In this document: one piece after another, positions 38,501 to 50,090 of the stretch
Layout: every line of letters begins with the position of its first letter
Position numbering within the stretch: position 1 is the first letter of the stretch
Source: Lama guanicoe
Taxonomy: Eukaryota
NCBI GenBank assembly: GCA_013239625.1
Contig: MU054204.1
Location: 681,537-745,536, forward strand
Direction: 5' to 3'
Length of the DNA stretch: 64,000 nucleotides
Made by a program: the position numbers and the translations under genes
The notes under the pieces: model-generated
Databases searched by the model: none
What the model saw: only the letters and a program-made list of their open reading frames with translations
Told to the model about the DNA's origin: nothing

Positions 38501-39287
38501 ACAGGAAAAAAAAACATTTGGCCCCTCCCAGAAAAAATCATTCTAGTAAGACAAAAATGAAAATAATTAGAAAATGTTTATCTGTGCTGAGAGAAAACCA
38601 ATCAAGGAAATGAAATTGGCCTAATGCTGTTTGCTCCAGGAAATACTTCCTTAATGACAATTCATCAGTGTTAGTAAAATTCTGATTAAAATATGAATGA
38701 TGATGAACATAGAACATCATTGCAGGGTCAGAATGACAATGTCAAACTATCCACAAGGTCAAAACAGCAGAGTCAAAATGAACCTATTCTTCAAATTTAA
38801 TAGCTGTAAAAAGCATTATAATACATTTGTTGACCTAATCTTCATACTGTCTCCAGGATGTAGCAAGCAGCCTCCTGGCAAGGTACTTTGAGCACCTCAG
38901 AGAAAGTAAGAGTACAGACATGATCACTAAAGAGAATTGAGTACTGTTTGCTTTTGAAGGTTGTGGAGGATGGCCTTCATCTTAGCCATGCATTGATGGG
39001 AAAGAAGACATCACACTTTCTCCCCAAGTTCTAATTTGCTGGTCTTTTCCAACTACAAGGTCTGCCACCCTTTCCCACCTTCTCAGATTAAACCACACGT
39101 ATTCCAAACGATGAAGGGATAAGGATAGTGACTGAGCCAATACAGGAAGAGGCTACTTGGGACACCATTGGAGTAGACAGCTGGCTCTAACCTTTTGAGA
39201 TGTGCCATGATCACTGGGCACAATTTTGCTGGACTGAGATTTCTTAGTCTCAGGTTTGGAGCATCGGGGTGGTACTGGCAGTGGCAT
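6745..39287 (-). CDS. CCNB3: Cyclin B3, complete spliced CDS (11 coding exons, 5070 nt, 1689 aa)
   Basis: Exons 39192-39287, 36503-36589, 31371-31498, 24311-28232, 23302-23397, 21969-22061, 14956-15093, 11519-11674, 10599-10748, 7032-7162 and 6745-6817. All have GT-AG boundaries with compatible phases. The protein has the D-box RSAFEDLTN, the giant repetitive exon typical of mammalian CCNB3, and the cyclin box [13 protein letters not shown]...ETLYLAV. Confidence 0.97.
7032..7162 (-). CDS. CCNB3: CCNB3 exon [10 protein letters not shown]…KYSH(Q)
   Basis: 131 nt; LEYYSGY and KYS motifs of B-type cyclins; donor CA|gtaagt. Not in the ORF track. Confidence 0.95.
7590..8110. mobile_element. Ancient MIR and L2 fragments
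   Basis: MIR core (ttacttaacctctcagtgcctt…aatgagttaata) followed by L2-like ctgcccttgaggagtctgtagtctagtggggg. Confidence 0.6.
10043..10390 (+). mobile_element. L1 3' end fragment
   Basis: gcagaaacagactc…ggttaccagggg…ctgtatagcacag…aataaaa with a TAAAA tail. Confidence 0.85.
10599..10748 (-). CDS. CCNB3: CCNB3 exon [21 protein letters not shown]…KLGHW
   Basis: 150 nt; cyclin C-terminal domain (ASKLAA motif); AG and GT boundaries present. Confidence 0.96.
11519..11674 (-). CDS. CCNB3: CCNB3 exon [14 protein letters not shown]…FLRRYAR
   Basis: 156 nt; cyclin-box end with FLRRYAR; donor CGG|gtaaga. Confidence 0.96.
12868..14165. repeat. About 1.3-kb GA-rich low-complexity tract, including a 17-bp repeat GGCAGAAGTGGAGTGA(A/G) about 4.5 times at 13935-14012
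   Basis: Extreme purine bias on the plus strand; explains the many L/P/S-rich spurious ORFs. Confidence 0.92.
14956..15093 (-). CDS. CCNB3: CCNB3 cyclin-box exon [14 protein letters not shown]…IAAKFE
   Basis: 138 nt; canonical cyclin-box helices; donor GAG|gtgagc. Confidence 0.97.
15459..16026 (+). mobile_element. ERV solo LTR in a CCNB3 intron (antisense to the gene)
   Basis: TGTAGCGTAAACCCTG…CCAGCACAAAACAC; AATAAA at about 15891; flanked by tacc on both sides; colinear with 629-1114. Confidence 0.8.
17051..17525 (-). mobile_element. MLT1-type MaLR LTR
   Basis: tagtttcctattgcttctgtaataaattac…agtggcttaaaacagcac and …cacaggttctggggattagg…ttctgcctac. Confidence 0.8.
17624..17712 (+). mobile_element. 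Vic-1-type SINE (diverged head)
   Basis: tcagtggtagagtgcatgcttagcatgcacaaggtcctgggttcaatc. Confidence 0.85.
17715..20610 (+). mobile_element. Degraded L1 (RT to 3'UTR)
   Basis: ORF2-like nucleotide motifs throughout, with many stops and frameshifts. Confidence 0.85.
18388..18937 (-). mobile_element. MER21-like LTR inserted in L1
   Basis: The minus strand begins TGTGCAGAAAAGAGTTAACGTAGCAGG…GGCCTGTTTGCAAGGTTGGCC. Confidence 0.75.
21969..22061 (-). CDS. CCNB3: CCNB3 exon [31 protein letters not shown]
   Basis: 93 nt; MRAIL hydrophobic-patch motif; donor CAG|gtaagc. Confidence 0.97.
23302..23397 (-). CDS. CCNB3: CCNB3 exon [32 protein letters not shown]
   Basis: 96 nt; encodes the cyclin N-terminal helix motif [15 protein letters not shown] and GT boundaries present. 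Confidence 0.95.
23467..23501. repeat. (AC)n microsatellite; a second one at about 24051-24073
   Basis: Read directly from the sequence. Confidence 0.95.
24311..28232 (-). CDS. CCNB3: CCNB3 giant exon (3922 nt), K/E/L/S/T-rich repetitive region
   Basis: Lies inside the 1328-aa ORF 24287-28273. Acceptor ctttacag|G TAT AAA; donor GAG|gtattc; no stops. Confidence 0.96.
25680..27094 (-). repeat. Coding tandem repeat in CCNB3: four full 321/324-bp units plus a partial fifth
   Basis: KKPL(P/T)LK unit starts at 27094, 26770, 26449, 26128 and 25804, giving periods of 324, 321, 321 and 324. Confidence 0.95.
28980..30320 (+). mobile_element. L1 fragments (3' ends and an ORF2 piece at about 29520-30220) with an intervening MIR
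   Basis: ggcccagatggcttcactggtgaattctatcaaacatttaaagaa; gatgcaaaaatcctc; MIR core at about 29330-29500. Confidence 0.8.
31371..31498 (-). CDS. CCNB3: CCNB3 exon [19 protein letters not shown]…NVK(R)
   Basis: 128 nt, poly-T/gcag acceptor, gtgagt donor; phase 2 matches the next exon. Confidence 0.93.
32040..33935 (+). mobile_element. Old L1 3'UTR (L1MC/MD-like)
   Basis: gtggagaaaccagac…gggtgatcaaa…catcaccaat and atacactgaagta…aggggtaaaggg motifs. Confidence 0.6.
34461..34665 (-). mobile_element. Vic-1-type SINE, full length with TSD
   Basis: A and B boxes on the minus strand; TSD taaaacagat(t/c)aattct at 34444-34460 and 34666-34682. Confidence 0.9.
36503..36589 (-). CDS. CCNB3: CCNB3 D-box exon, [29 protein letters not shown]
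   Basis: 87 nt, tttttag acceptor, gtgagt donor; encodes the cyclin B3 destruction box RSAFEDLTN. Confidence 0.95.
37230..37357 (-). mobile_element. Vic-1-type SINE
   Basis: Same head and AAAC/cctaattac tail as the other copies. Confidence 0.9.
39192..39287 (-). CDS. CCNB3: CCNB3 first coding exon, [32 protein letters not shown] (whole exon 39192-39323)
   Basis: ATG at 39287 with in-frame upstream stops. Acceptor tgcag before 39323; donor AAG|gttaga. Resembles the human N-terminus (…[11 protein letters not shown]…). Confidence 0.92.
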
Positions 39288-39499
39288 CTCTTACAGGTTC
39301 AGCAGTATCTATCCAACGCAGGGCTGCAATCAGAAAAGGATTCTTTAAAACATCATTCACCAGAAACATCACAGAATTCTCTGAAAATTCTTGAGAAATC
39401 CCAGACTCTCTACAGCATTTTCGATATACAAGAAACCCTTCCCACTCAGGTACAACAGCCCTTCCAACTCCACTCATATTCAGTCTCCAAGTTCAACTT

Positions 39500-39587
39500 A
39501 ATTTTTTAATAGAGATACAGGGGATTGAACCCAGGAACTCGTGCATGCTAAGTGTGTACTCTACCACTGAGCTATTATCCTCCCCCC
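39500..39587 (-). mobile_element. Vic-1-type SINE
   Basis: gggattgaacccagg…ctaccactgagcta; flanked by a caagttca duplication. Confidence 0.88.
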
Positions 39588-40325
39588 ATCAAGTTCACTG
39601 CATTTGACAAAGAACAGGCTTCTATAAGAGAGACCCTAAAGGCAATGCAGCAAATTTACCACTATATACCAGATACTTTGGGCAATGGAGATACAAACAC
39701 AAATAAATCATATATCTTATCCTAGAAGTATTCACAGGCACAGCTCTAATAGCAACATAAAAATGTGACAAATGATTTAATAATGGTAGATACAAAGTAC
39801 TTTAGTAACATAATGGAAAGTCAGTAATCTTGTGGGATACAAGAAATGGAGGAAGACTTCACAGAGGAGGCTATATTTGATCTGGACTCAAGTGACAAAG
39901 ATGTTCCCACATAGACAGGGGAGCTTTCCAGGCAAAGAAAGCCTGAGCCCAGGCAGAGGCTTGAATAGGCAGAGCACAGCAGGTTTGGGAACATCCAAGT
40001 TGTCTGGAATGTGGAGTATAAAGAATGTGTCAGGGTTGAGTTAGAAAGAGGCTGGAAAGCTGGGCTGGAGTCACACTGGTAAAACTGTAGAGGACCCTGA
40101 AGTTTGAGGGGAAAGATTTAAGAAAGGAGAAAGGCTAACTTGGGTTTTGCTTTGGACGGAGAATACTAAATATTTTGTTGGTGAGGAAAAGTCAGTACAA
40201 GTATATGCCTTCACATTTATTACATGTTAGTCCTCCCAACAAAACTGTGAGGGTAAGCAGGACAAATATAATTCTTTCCATTGTATAGTCCCAAGTGAGT
40301 TAAGTGACTTACTACACAGGACAAA

Positions 40326-40413
40326 CTTTTTTTTAATGGAGATACTGGGCATTGAACCCAGGACCTCCTGCATGCTAAGCATGCACTTTGCCACTGAGCT
40401 ATACCTTTCCCCC
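40326..40413 (-). mobile_element. Vic-1-type SINE
   Basis: TSD acaggacaa on both sides. Confidence 0.9.
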
Positions 40414-40604
40414 ACAGGACAAGCTATTAAGCAGCATAGATCACCCAGCTCTTCCCAGGGCTCTTTTCTAAAATACCATGAAGTCTCTCATTGTATTCAA
40501 AAAGATTCCAGAACAGTCCACAGTCCAAAGTGAAAGGCCATAGTGTGGTAGTATGAGGTATTAGAATAAGCACAGGCTTTTTTTTTTCCCAAGAAGAAAT
40601 TGCA

Positions 40605-40730
40605 GGGGAGGGTATTGCTCAGTGGTAGAGTGCATGCCTAGCATGCATGGATTCAATTCCCAGTATCTTCATTAATAAATAAACAAACAAACAAACCTAG
40701 TTATCTAGCCCCTCCAAGAAAAAAAAAGAA
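40605..40730 (+). mobile_element. Vic-1-type SINE with internal deletion
   Basis: ggggagggtattgctcagtggtagagtgcatg followed by an AAAC tail. Confidence 0.85.
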
Positions 40731-41167
40731 CCAATTGGGTTTCTAAATCAGCCACCTTAGCATCTCTGAGCCTTCAGTTTCCTCATTGGTGAAAGAGCTA
40801 CACCACCTCTTACTTGCGGAGATATTGTGTGGCTCAGTTTGTGTGTGCAAAGCTTAACACATGGTAGGCACTCAGAATAAATGGTATGTCTAATTCTCCT
40901 TCTCTTCCTCCCAATCCAAACCTGTTTTCCATCTCATCCCTCAAAACTCAGCCAAGCAGCAATAAAGCTAAATTAGGTGAACCCACCCTTAACTGCACTG
41001 TATGAAAACCACTTACTCCACTATTACTATTCACACCTCATACAATTTTTTATGGATGGCCACAGACTTGTGTTCTGAAATCTTTATCTTTCAAGCAGAA
41101 AGAAAAAATCAAACTGGAGTCAACAGGTCAGAAAACTTTCAGTTGATGATGTCACAGGTTGACTTAC

Positions 41168-41280
41168 CCTCCAAGAAAATAAGGTTTTTCGGATGATGGT
41201 CATATAGCACCTTCATTATTCTGAACAGTAATCACTTGCTTTGAGGGACACAGACACTGACTTAAGTAATTTCCCTGCCA
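41168..41280 (-). other. CCNB3: Candidate non-coding 5'UTR exon of CCNB3 (113 nt)
   Basis: Strong acceptor cccctcccctctcctag and donor AGG|gtaagtc, located between the promoter and the first coding exon. Confidence 0.6.
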
Positions 41281-42399
41281 CTAGGAGAGGGGAGGGGATT
41301 GACACCACCAAAAACATGCTTCCATAAAAGAACACTCTTGCTCTACCACCTACAGAACCCTTAGCCTTACTTGGACAAGAAAATTAGAATCCTTTGCACT
41401 TTCCAGACTTTCCATCTCCCCTACATACACACTGATAAGTGTTGGAGACTCCACTGGGCACCCCAGGGCTGGTGCTGAAACTCACACAGGAGCAAGTTGG
41501 CTTGTTCAGAAGCCCAACTGCTCAGAGTCCGAAACTGCAGATCAAGACAGTCTCAGGAAACAGTAGCAACTTTTTATATATGAAGGTAGGTTACAGATAG
41601 CAAGACACTGGGGAGAGAAAGCAGCATGGTGTCAATGAAAGTAGCACTGGGCTGGGAAGGATGCCTAGGGTCTAGTTCTGAGCCTGCCCCTAGCTGGTTG
41701 TGTGACACTGGACAGGTCCCTTTTCCCTCTCCAGGCCTCATTCCCCCACCTAATAAAAAGAGACAGTGGGTCCAGCGCCTCCTTGACAGATATTTAAACC
41801 GTGGTCAATGGACCAGCAACATTAGCATCACCTGGGAGCTTGTTAGCAATTTAAAACCTCAGGCCCCAAGCTAGGCCCTACCAAATCAGAAAGTGCAAGT
41901 TAACGATATCCCCAGGTGCTATGTGTGCACTTTAAAGTTTAAAAAGCACGGTTCTAGGGTCCCTTCAACCTTTGACATCCTAGGATTCTAAGGGGACCAT
42001 AGCAGAGAACAGTAGGAAAGCCAGAGTTGAAGGGGTTGGAGGTGGTGATGGAAGCAAGCCAGTGAGAGAAAACAGATAACAAGGGAGAAAAGACACGTTT
42101 TCATCCCCCATTCACATTCTTCAACCTGTAGTTCAAAAGACACCTCTCCAGGAGCACTCTGGCTTAAATCCGTCTTGTGAATGAAACTGATTCTGTACGG
42201 TTTCACTTGTGAAAAGACGTTATGTAAATATACTGATTCAGTCATGTGTACTGCTCGCTCCATCTAAAAGCCTGGACCCAGTCTCGTTGGCTTTGCCATC
42301 TCACCTTCAAGTACACCCTCCCTGCCCAACCTCGTACAGGGCTCTCTCTGCAGACTGCTTTCTGACAGGAGAAAACAAAGTTTTCGTGACAGGGATGCC

Positions 42400-42900
42400 G
42401 TTCATCCCGGCAAAAGAAGGTAGCGAGTAGCAAGGGTATGGAGTGAGGTTTAAGGACTGACATGTGTGCGGCAGAGCCGGACATTCGAGCGGGCAGTTTA
42501 AAGTTCAAAGGCGCCTACCTCATATCGAGACTGAGGGCGGAACAAGAAAGACCACGGACGCACTTCTAGCCCAGGAAAGGCCCGGGAAATGAACAGAGCT
42601 CCGTGTTGCTGAAACTCTCGCGTCCTTCTCAACTTACCGGGTGCTCTCTCAGATCCTCCCAGTAGCCAATTTTGAAAATTACATCCCCGGGAGGAAGAGC
42701 AGTGATGATTGGCCAGCAAGGGCCAATCAGCGTGCAGTTGAGACTTGCACTGGCCTAGCGGGGAGGGGCGGGGCTGGGTATTCTTTTAAACTGAACTCTG
42801 CTAATAGACTTCACAAGGGGGCGTGGCTTCGAGTACCGTTGGTTGGACCAGGCTACGCTGACAAGCAGGAGTACTGGGTCTCTTTAAGACACGTTTTCAT
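42400..42900 (-). promoter_or_regulatory. CCNB3: CpG-rich proximal CCNB3 promoter and first exon (donor CCG|gtaagt at 42638)
   Basis: Local CpG enrichment; CCAAT/ATTGG at 42666, 42708 and 42723; GC box around 42761-42773; MYB-like CAGTTG/CCGTTG; CHR-like TTTGAA/TTTAAA. Confidence 0.7.
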
Positions 42901-45479
42901 TTAAATAATCCTGCTGGAGAATGGGGGAGAGTGGCTGTATTATGTAGGTTCAGACTAATTAAAACATTAATATTAATAAGCTTTTGTAGAGTCAAACGTT
43001 AACTCCTGCCGGCTTCACAAATCGCCTTGTGAGGGAAGCAGAGCAGAAATTATTCCCCCCTATTTTATGGATAAGCACCGAAGCGCAGAGAGCTAATAGT
43101 AGCTATCATTAAATTGACTGTTAGCTCCGTACTGATTGCTATAATTTTTTTTATTGTTTTAAACCCTGTCCAAAAAGATAGGTACTTTTCTTATTGTCAT
43201 TTTACGGATAACAAAATTATAGTTTGCTAACTGCCCAATGTCACAAGGCTGCGTTGTGGCAAAGCGAGTACCACAACCTAGAAATTCTCATTCAGTTCAT
43301 TCCTACATTAATTCATTCATTCAACAAATATTTATTATTGAACACCTGTTTTGTTCCAGGAACTAGAAAAAACATATATATGAGTAACTGACAAAAGACT
43401 TGAAGAGTTTATAGCCCTGCCTTGTACTCTGAGGAGGCAAAGAGAAAACGGCGATGCCAGGAATAAAATCTAGAAATTCCTGCATATGTAGCAGATACTC
43501 TACCACTAAACTACATCCTTACCTTTATTATTAGTCCATTCACCTTTTAGTATCTCATAGCTTCTACAATAAAGGTAAAACAATCACATGATCCCAGATT
43601 CTTCTCTTTTTAATCTCCCTAGGTTATGGTATCCAGATCCATGACTTTAAATATCATCTAAATTAAACTGACCCTGAACCCCAGACTCAAAAATTCAACT
43701 GACTACTCCACGTCTCCACTTCGATGTCTAATAGGCACCTCAAACGCGACATATTCACAACCCTCACCTAACCTGATCCTTCCTCTAGTGTCCTCCATTT
43801 CAGAAATTGGTACCACATTAAGCCTGTTAAGCAAGCCAGAAACCTGTGTATTACCCTTGATTCAAACTCTTTTCCAATACCTTACCCTCCCATATCCAAC
43901 CCTTCAGCAAGTCCTATTGATTTTACCTCAAAAATATATTTTATATCCATCCACTTCTCTCCATCTCCACTACCTCTATAGTCTCTCATTTGGACCACTG
44001 TCAGAAGCCTCCAAGCTGTTGTCCCCCTTTCCAATCTGACTCTTCTCTAATGCAAATACAATACAACAATAAGATCAATATTTTTTGTAATTATAGTATT
44101 GTTGATTCACAATGTTGTGTCAGTTTCTGGTGTACAGCATAATGATTCAGTTATACACTTATATATATTCTTTTTCATTGTATGTTATTACAAGATATTG
44201 AATATATTCCCTGTGCTATATAGTAGGACATTGTTGTTTATCTAAGATCAATCTTTTAAAATATATATATATATATATATGATATATATATATCATGTCC
44301 CTCTCATGCTTTAGTGGTTTCCCACAGAACTTAAAATAAAATCCAAACTCCTTACTCTGGCCTACAAGCCCCACTTATCTCATCAACTTTGTCTCATACC
44401 ACTCTTTTTCTCATTCACTCCATTCCAGCCATAACGGTCTTCTTTCAAAACTTGGAATATACCAAAACTCCTCCCCTTGGGATCTTTGCACATGATGTTC
44501 CCACTATCAGAAACATTCTTTCTCTCTTCTTTAAATTACTTGTAATTTTTTTCCCTCAAGCTTCAAGCCTCAGCTTAAATGTTCCTTCTTCATATTAACT
44601 AGAGTAGGATTCTTCTCCCATTCCCTTATACTTTATCTCAGCCCCTTACATTTCTTTTAGAGTAATTATTGTTATTTGTAATTTTTTAACCTACCTCCTC
44701 ACTCAAGAATGCAAGATCCATAACTGCAAGGACCACACCTATTGTGCTCCATCTCCAGTAATTAGCATTAAGAATAGTTCACATTTATCAATTGCTTACT
44801 ATGTGTTTGACACTATTCTGACACAACAATACAATGAGTTGTTAATGTCCCTATTTTCAAAAGAGAAACTTGAAGTACAGAGAAGTTTAGTAACTTGCCC
44901 AAGATCACACAGTCAGTAAGCTGATTGCAGGGACCAAACACATAAGCATTACCCCATATCTGCCTCCTCAACAGATGGCTGAAAAAATCTGTAAACCAAG
45001 TAAATAAGTACCTTTTAAGGGTCATCACTATAGACAAGTGTCACACTGGGATGCACCATAAAGAAAGTATAGTACTAACGCAATTGACTAAAGAGAAAAA
45101 GGTCCATCCACCAAAACAACGGCAACACAAAGATCACAAAACAAGCAATTTCATTTTCCCTATTTCGTCCCAGTTTTTCACATCAACAAAAAAGATATTG
45201 AGTAAAAATTATAATTTTTCCAAAAATTTTAAAACTTGCTTTCCTCTCAACTTTCATACTTCCAGTTGATTTAGCCTTTCCTTTAGGTTGCACTCAGTGA
45301 GAACATTAAGAAGAGACCATCCTTTGGTCTACCATTTTCGAATATTTTCCTCCGCCCAAGCATACAACACTTTCCTAAACTCCCCTTTCTCCTTCCCACT
45401 ACATACCTGTATTAAAACCTGACAGAAGAGATCACTATTATCTACCTTACTTTTACATGATAATATTTTTCACATAATT

Positions 45480-48400
45480 GTGAAAATGAAACCATGGAAA
45501 TACTAGACAAAATATTTTAAAATATTTTTATAATCTTACAGAAAGAAAAACCTTTCTAAACAGGATTTTTAAAAAATCTAGAAATAGCGAAAGGCTCAAT
45601 AAATTTTAGGAGCTAAAATTTTTAAATTTTTGTTGAGCAAAACAAGTAAACAAAAACAAAAACAGGGTTAATAAAAACCTAACAACAAATTGGCCAAAAA
45701 CATTGTCAGCACAAAGAGAACTACACAATCAACAAGAAAAAGGTGAACCACCCATCAAAAAAATTGGCAAGGAAATGAACAATTAGAGAATAAATATAAA
45801 TGGTCAACAAACATAAAAATATGCTCAACTTCACTAAAAACAAATGTAGATTAAAACAATAATGCATTGTTTTTGTTCAGGACATTGGCAAAGGTTTAAT
45901 AGATTAATAATAATTTCTGTTGGTAAAGGGGTGGGTAAACAATCACTTTTATTCAAAGTCAGCAGGAGTAAAAACTGCCATAAACTCTGGGATAAGTATT
46001 TGAAAATATCTATTGAATTTTAAATGTTTGGACCCTTTTACCCGGAGATTCTACTTCTGGTAATCTTTCCTACAAAAATATTTATTCCAGGAAATAAGGC
46101 TGAAATTTTCCCAAATTTGAGAGAGACATAAACTTACAGATTCAAGAAGCTAAGTTAACCCCCAAACAGGGTAAACCTAAGGAAATTCAAACAAAGACAC
46201 ATCAGAATCGAACTTCTAAAAACTAAAGACAAAGAAAAAACCTTGAAAGAAGCAAGAGAGAAATGACACCTTTCTTTCTTTCTTTTTATTGAAATACAGT
46301 CAGTTATACTGTGTCAATTTCTGATGTAAAGCATAATGGACACCTTTCTAATAGGGCAAAATTTTGTTGAATGACAATAGATTTCTTATCAGAAACCATG
46401 TAAGCCAGAGATAGGTTACATTATTTTCCAAGTACTGAAAGAATAGAGCTGTCAACTCAGAATTCTACATTCAAGGAAAATATCTTTCAGGAGTGAAGGG
46501 GAAATCAAGTCATTCTCAGATGTCTCCCTTAAAATAATAGAAAGTTTACAATGAAGGAAAAAATAGTAAGGGGAGGAATCTGGTAATATCAGGGAGAAAG
46601 ACCAATGGAAAGAGCAAAAATATAGGTAGATACAATAGACTTATGCTGATGTTCAATTATGCCTGCCAGTTACAGCAAAATGTACAACACTGTCTGATGT
46701 GGTTCTCAAGGCATATAGAGGAAATGTTTAAAACAATAATATAGATGGAGGAGAGTAAAGGGAAGAAAAGTTTCTACACCCCCCTCAAACTGGTAAAATG
46801 TCAACTCCAGTAAACTGTGATAAGTTGTGTATATATAATGTAATGCCTAGAACATGCAATAAAAAAGCTATATAAAGAGATACACTCAAAAACACCACAA
46901 ATATATCAAAATGGAATTTAAAAGAATATTCAAGTAACTGACTGGAAGACAGGGAGAAAAAACATATCCCTCTAAGAAACAGAGGGAATAATCAGAAAAC
47001 AAATAAAAATAAAATGGTGGACTTAAGCCTTAACAGATCAATAATCACATTAAATATGAAATGCTAAACAATAGTGTTTAAGTAGAGGAATTAAAAGACA
47101 GATTGGCAGAGTGGATTAAAAAAACATATCCAACAATATTCTGTCAACAAGAAACCCATTTCAAATATATAATGTAAGCATATCGAAAATAAAAAAGTAG
47201 AAAAGATATATAACACATACATTAATTTTTAAAAAACAGGATTATTTATATTCATATCAGATAAACTAAACTTTAGAGCAAAGTAAATTCCTAGGGACAG
47301 AGAGAATTATTACATAATGATAAAAGGCTCAATCTACCAAGGAAACACAGCACTCCTAAATGTATAAGCACCAACCAACAGAGCTGCAAAATACATGAAA
47401 CAAAATCTGATAGCACTGAAAGGGGAAATAGACAAATCTACATTTAGAGTTGGAGACTTTAACACATCTCAATAATTGATAGAACAACTAGATAAAAAAA
47501 TTGACAAGGATATATAAGAACTCAACAACTCCATCAACAAAGAGAATCTAATCAACATTTATAGAGCACCCCATCCAATATCAGCAATATATACATTTAT
47601 TTCAAGATCTCATGGAACATTTATTAAAACAGGCCACACCCTCAATAATAAAACAAACCTCAGCAAATATTTAAAAATTGAAATAATAACTGACAGTGTT
47701 CTCTGACCACAATGGAATCAATAACAAAAATAACAAGAAAAGCCCTCAAACTCTTGGAAACTAAAAAACACACCTCATAGATCAAAGAGGAAGTCTTAAG
47801 GCAAATAGAAAATACATTGAACTGAATGAGGATCAACATTTGTGGGACACAGCTAAAGCAGTGCTGAAAGGGACATTTATAACACTAACTGCTTACATTA
47901 GAAAAGAGGAAGAGTTTAAAAGTCAGTAATCTAAGCTCCACCTCAAGGCTAGAAAAAGAAGAGCAAAATAAATTCAAAGCAAGTAAAAGGTAGGAAATAA
48001 AGACAAGAGCAGAAATTCATGAAATTGAAAACAGAAAAATCCAGTAGTAAAAATCAATGAAACAAAAAAACTGGTTCTTTGAAAAGATCAATAAAATTTA
48101 TAAAACTCTAGCAAGACTGACAAGGGAAAAAGACACAGGTTAGAAACATCAGAAATGAAATAAAAGCTCTCATTATAGGCCTTACTGACATCAAAGGGGT
48201 AATAAGGGAATACTGTGAGCTCTACATATACAGATTTTATAATTTAATTGAAATGGACAAATTCTTTGGAAATCAAAAACTACCATAATACACCCAATAT
48301 GAAATACATCATTTGAATAGCTCCATACTTTTAAAGAAGTTGAATTTGTAATTTTAAAATTCCCCCCAAATGAAGTCTCCAGGCCCAGATTATTTCACTG

Positions 48401-49738
48401 GAGAATTAAACCAAACATTTAAAGAATAATTAATGCCAATTCTCCCACCATCTCTTCCAGAAAATAAATGAGTAGGGAACACTTCCCAGCTCATAAGAGA
48501 ACACTTTAACCCGTAATACCAAAACCATACAAAGACAGTACAAAAAAAGAAAGCTACAGACTGATATCCCACATTAGAATAGATGCAAAGTCTTAAGTGA
48601 GATATTAGCAAGAATTTAGCAATATATAAAAAGTGTTAAATACCACGACCAAGTGGGATCTATTCCAGGGATGTAAGACTGGTTCAAAACTCAATCCATG
48701 GGAAAACAGTACGGAGGTTTCTCAAAAAACTAAAAATAGAACTACCATATGACCCAGTAATTCCACTCCTAGGTATATACTCACAAAAAAACACTAACTT
48801 AAAAAGATGCATGCACCCCAGTGTTTAGAGCAGGTATGGAAGCAACCTAAGTGTCCATAAAGGGATGACTGAATAAAGAAGTTGTGATACATATTTATAC
48901 AATGGAATACTACTCAGCCATAAAAAGAATGAAATATCACCATTTGCAGCAACATGGATGAACTTGGAGGGTATTACACTAAGTGAAGTAAGTCAGACAG
49001 AAAAAGACAAATACTGTACAATATTACATATATGTGGAATCTAAAAAAAACAACAAACTAGTGAATATAACAAAAAAAGAAGCAGACTCACAGATATAGA
49101 GAACAAACTAGTGGTTACCAGTGGGGAGAGGGAAGGGAGGAGGAGTAGGATAGGGGTAGGGGATTAAAAGGCATAAAGTATTATGTATATAATAAGCTAC
49201 AAAGATATATTGTACAACATGGGGAACATAGCCAATATTTTATAATAACTATAAAAGGAGTATAACCTTTAAAAATGGTGAATCACTATATTGTAAACCT
49301 GTAACTAATATAATATTGTACATCAACTATACTTCAATACAAAAATCAGTCCTTAGAATCCACCATATTAACAGGCTAAGAATCCAATTACAAAAAAAGA
49401 AAACTATTAGATCTAATAAGTGAGCTCAAGGTTGTAGGATACAAGCTCAATATACAAAACTCAGTTTTGCTTCTATACACTGGTAAGGAACAATCTGAAA
49501 ATGAAATTAAAGCAATTCCACTTACAAAGTATCAAAAATAATAAGATGCTTAGAAATAAATTTAACAAAAGAAGGACAAGACTTGCATGCTGAAAACCAC
49601 AAAACATCACTGAGAGAAATGAAAGACTTAAATAAATATAAAGATAGTCCATGTTCATTGATTGGAATACTTAATATTGTTAAGATGGCAATTCTCCTCC
49701 AATTGATCTACAGAATCAATGAAATCCCTGTCAAAATA
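45480..49738 (+). mobile_element. Composite degraded L1 region: ORF1 end and ORF2 EN/RT remnants, with a younger L1 3' segment at about 48698-49345
   Basis: gttggagactttaacacatctc (EN domain); ctctgaccacaatggaatc; abrupt switch to ggaaaacagtacggaggtt… and return to RT sequence after about 49345. Confidence 0.85.
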
Positions 49739-50090
49739 TGTGTAGAAAGGAGTTGACATAGCAGGTCTGAGAATGCTATCATTTGAAAATCCTGCTTAGC
49801 AAGGTTGGCCCTTGGCTTGGATCTAGGAACTTGGATTTGGGGAGAGTTCCCACCACCCTAACTGGTAAGAATAGTTCACCGTACTTTAACTGTTGGTGCA
49901 AACAACATGGTTTGTGGTTAACACTAGCTTTCCTCCTGGGACTCTGGAGTTTTGGTATGCGCTAGGCAGAGGGTGCCTGCAGGACCAGCCCCCAATAAAA
50001 GCCCTCAGTACTGAGTCTCTAATGAGCTTCCTTCATAAACAACATTTTACACAGGTTGTCACAACTCTTTACTGGGAAAAGTTTTTGTGA
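49739..50090 (+). mobile_element. MER21-like LTR fragment
   Basis: TGTGTAGAAAGGAGTTGACATAGCAGG…CAAGGTTGGCCCTTGGC; related to 18388-18937. Confidence 0.7.

Noticed and set aside
46086..49738. Active full-length L1
   Set aside because: No 5'UTR, no long ORF in the track, many stops and nested insertions.
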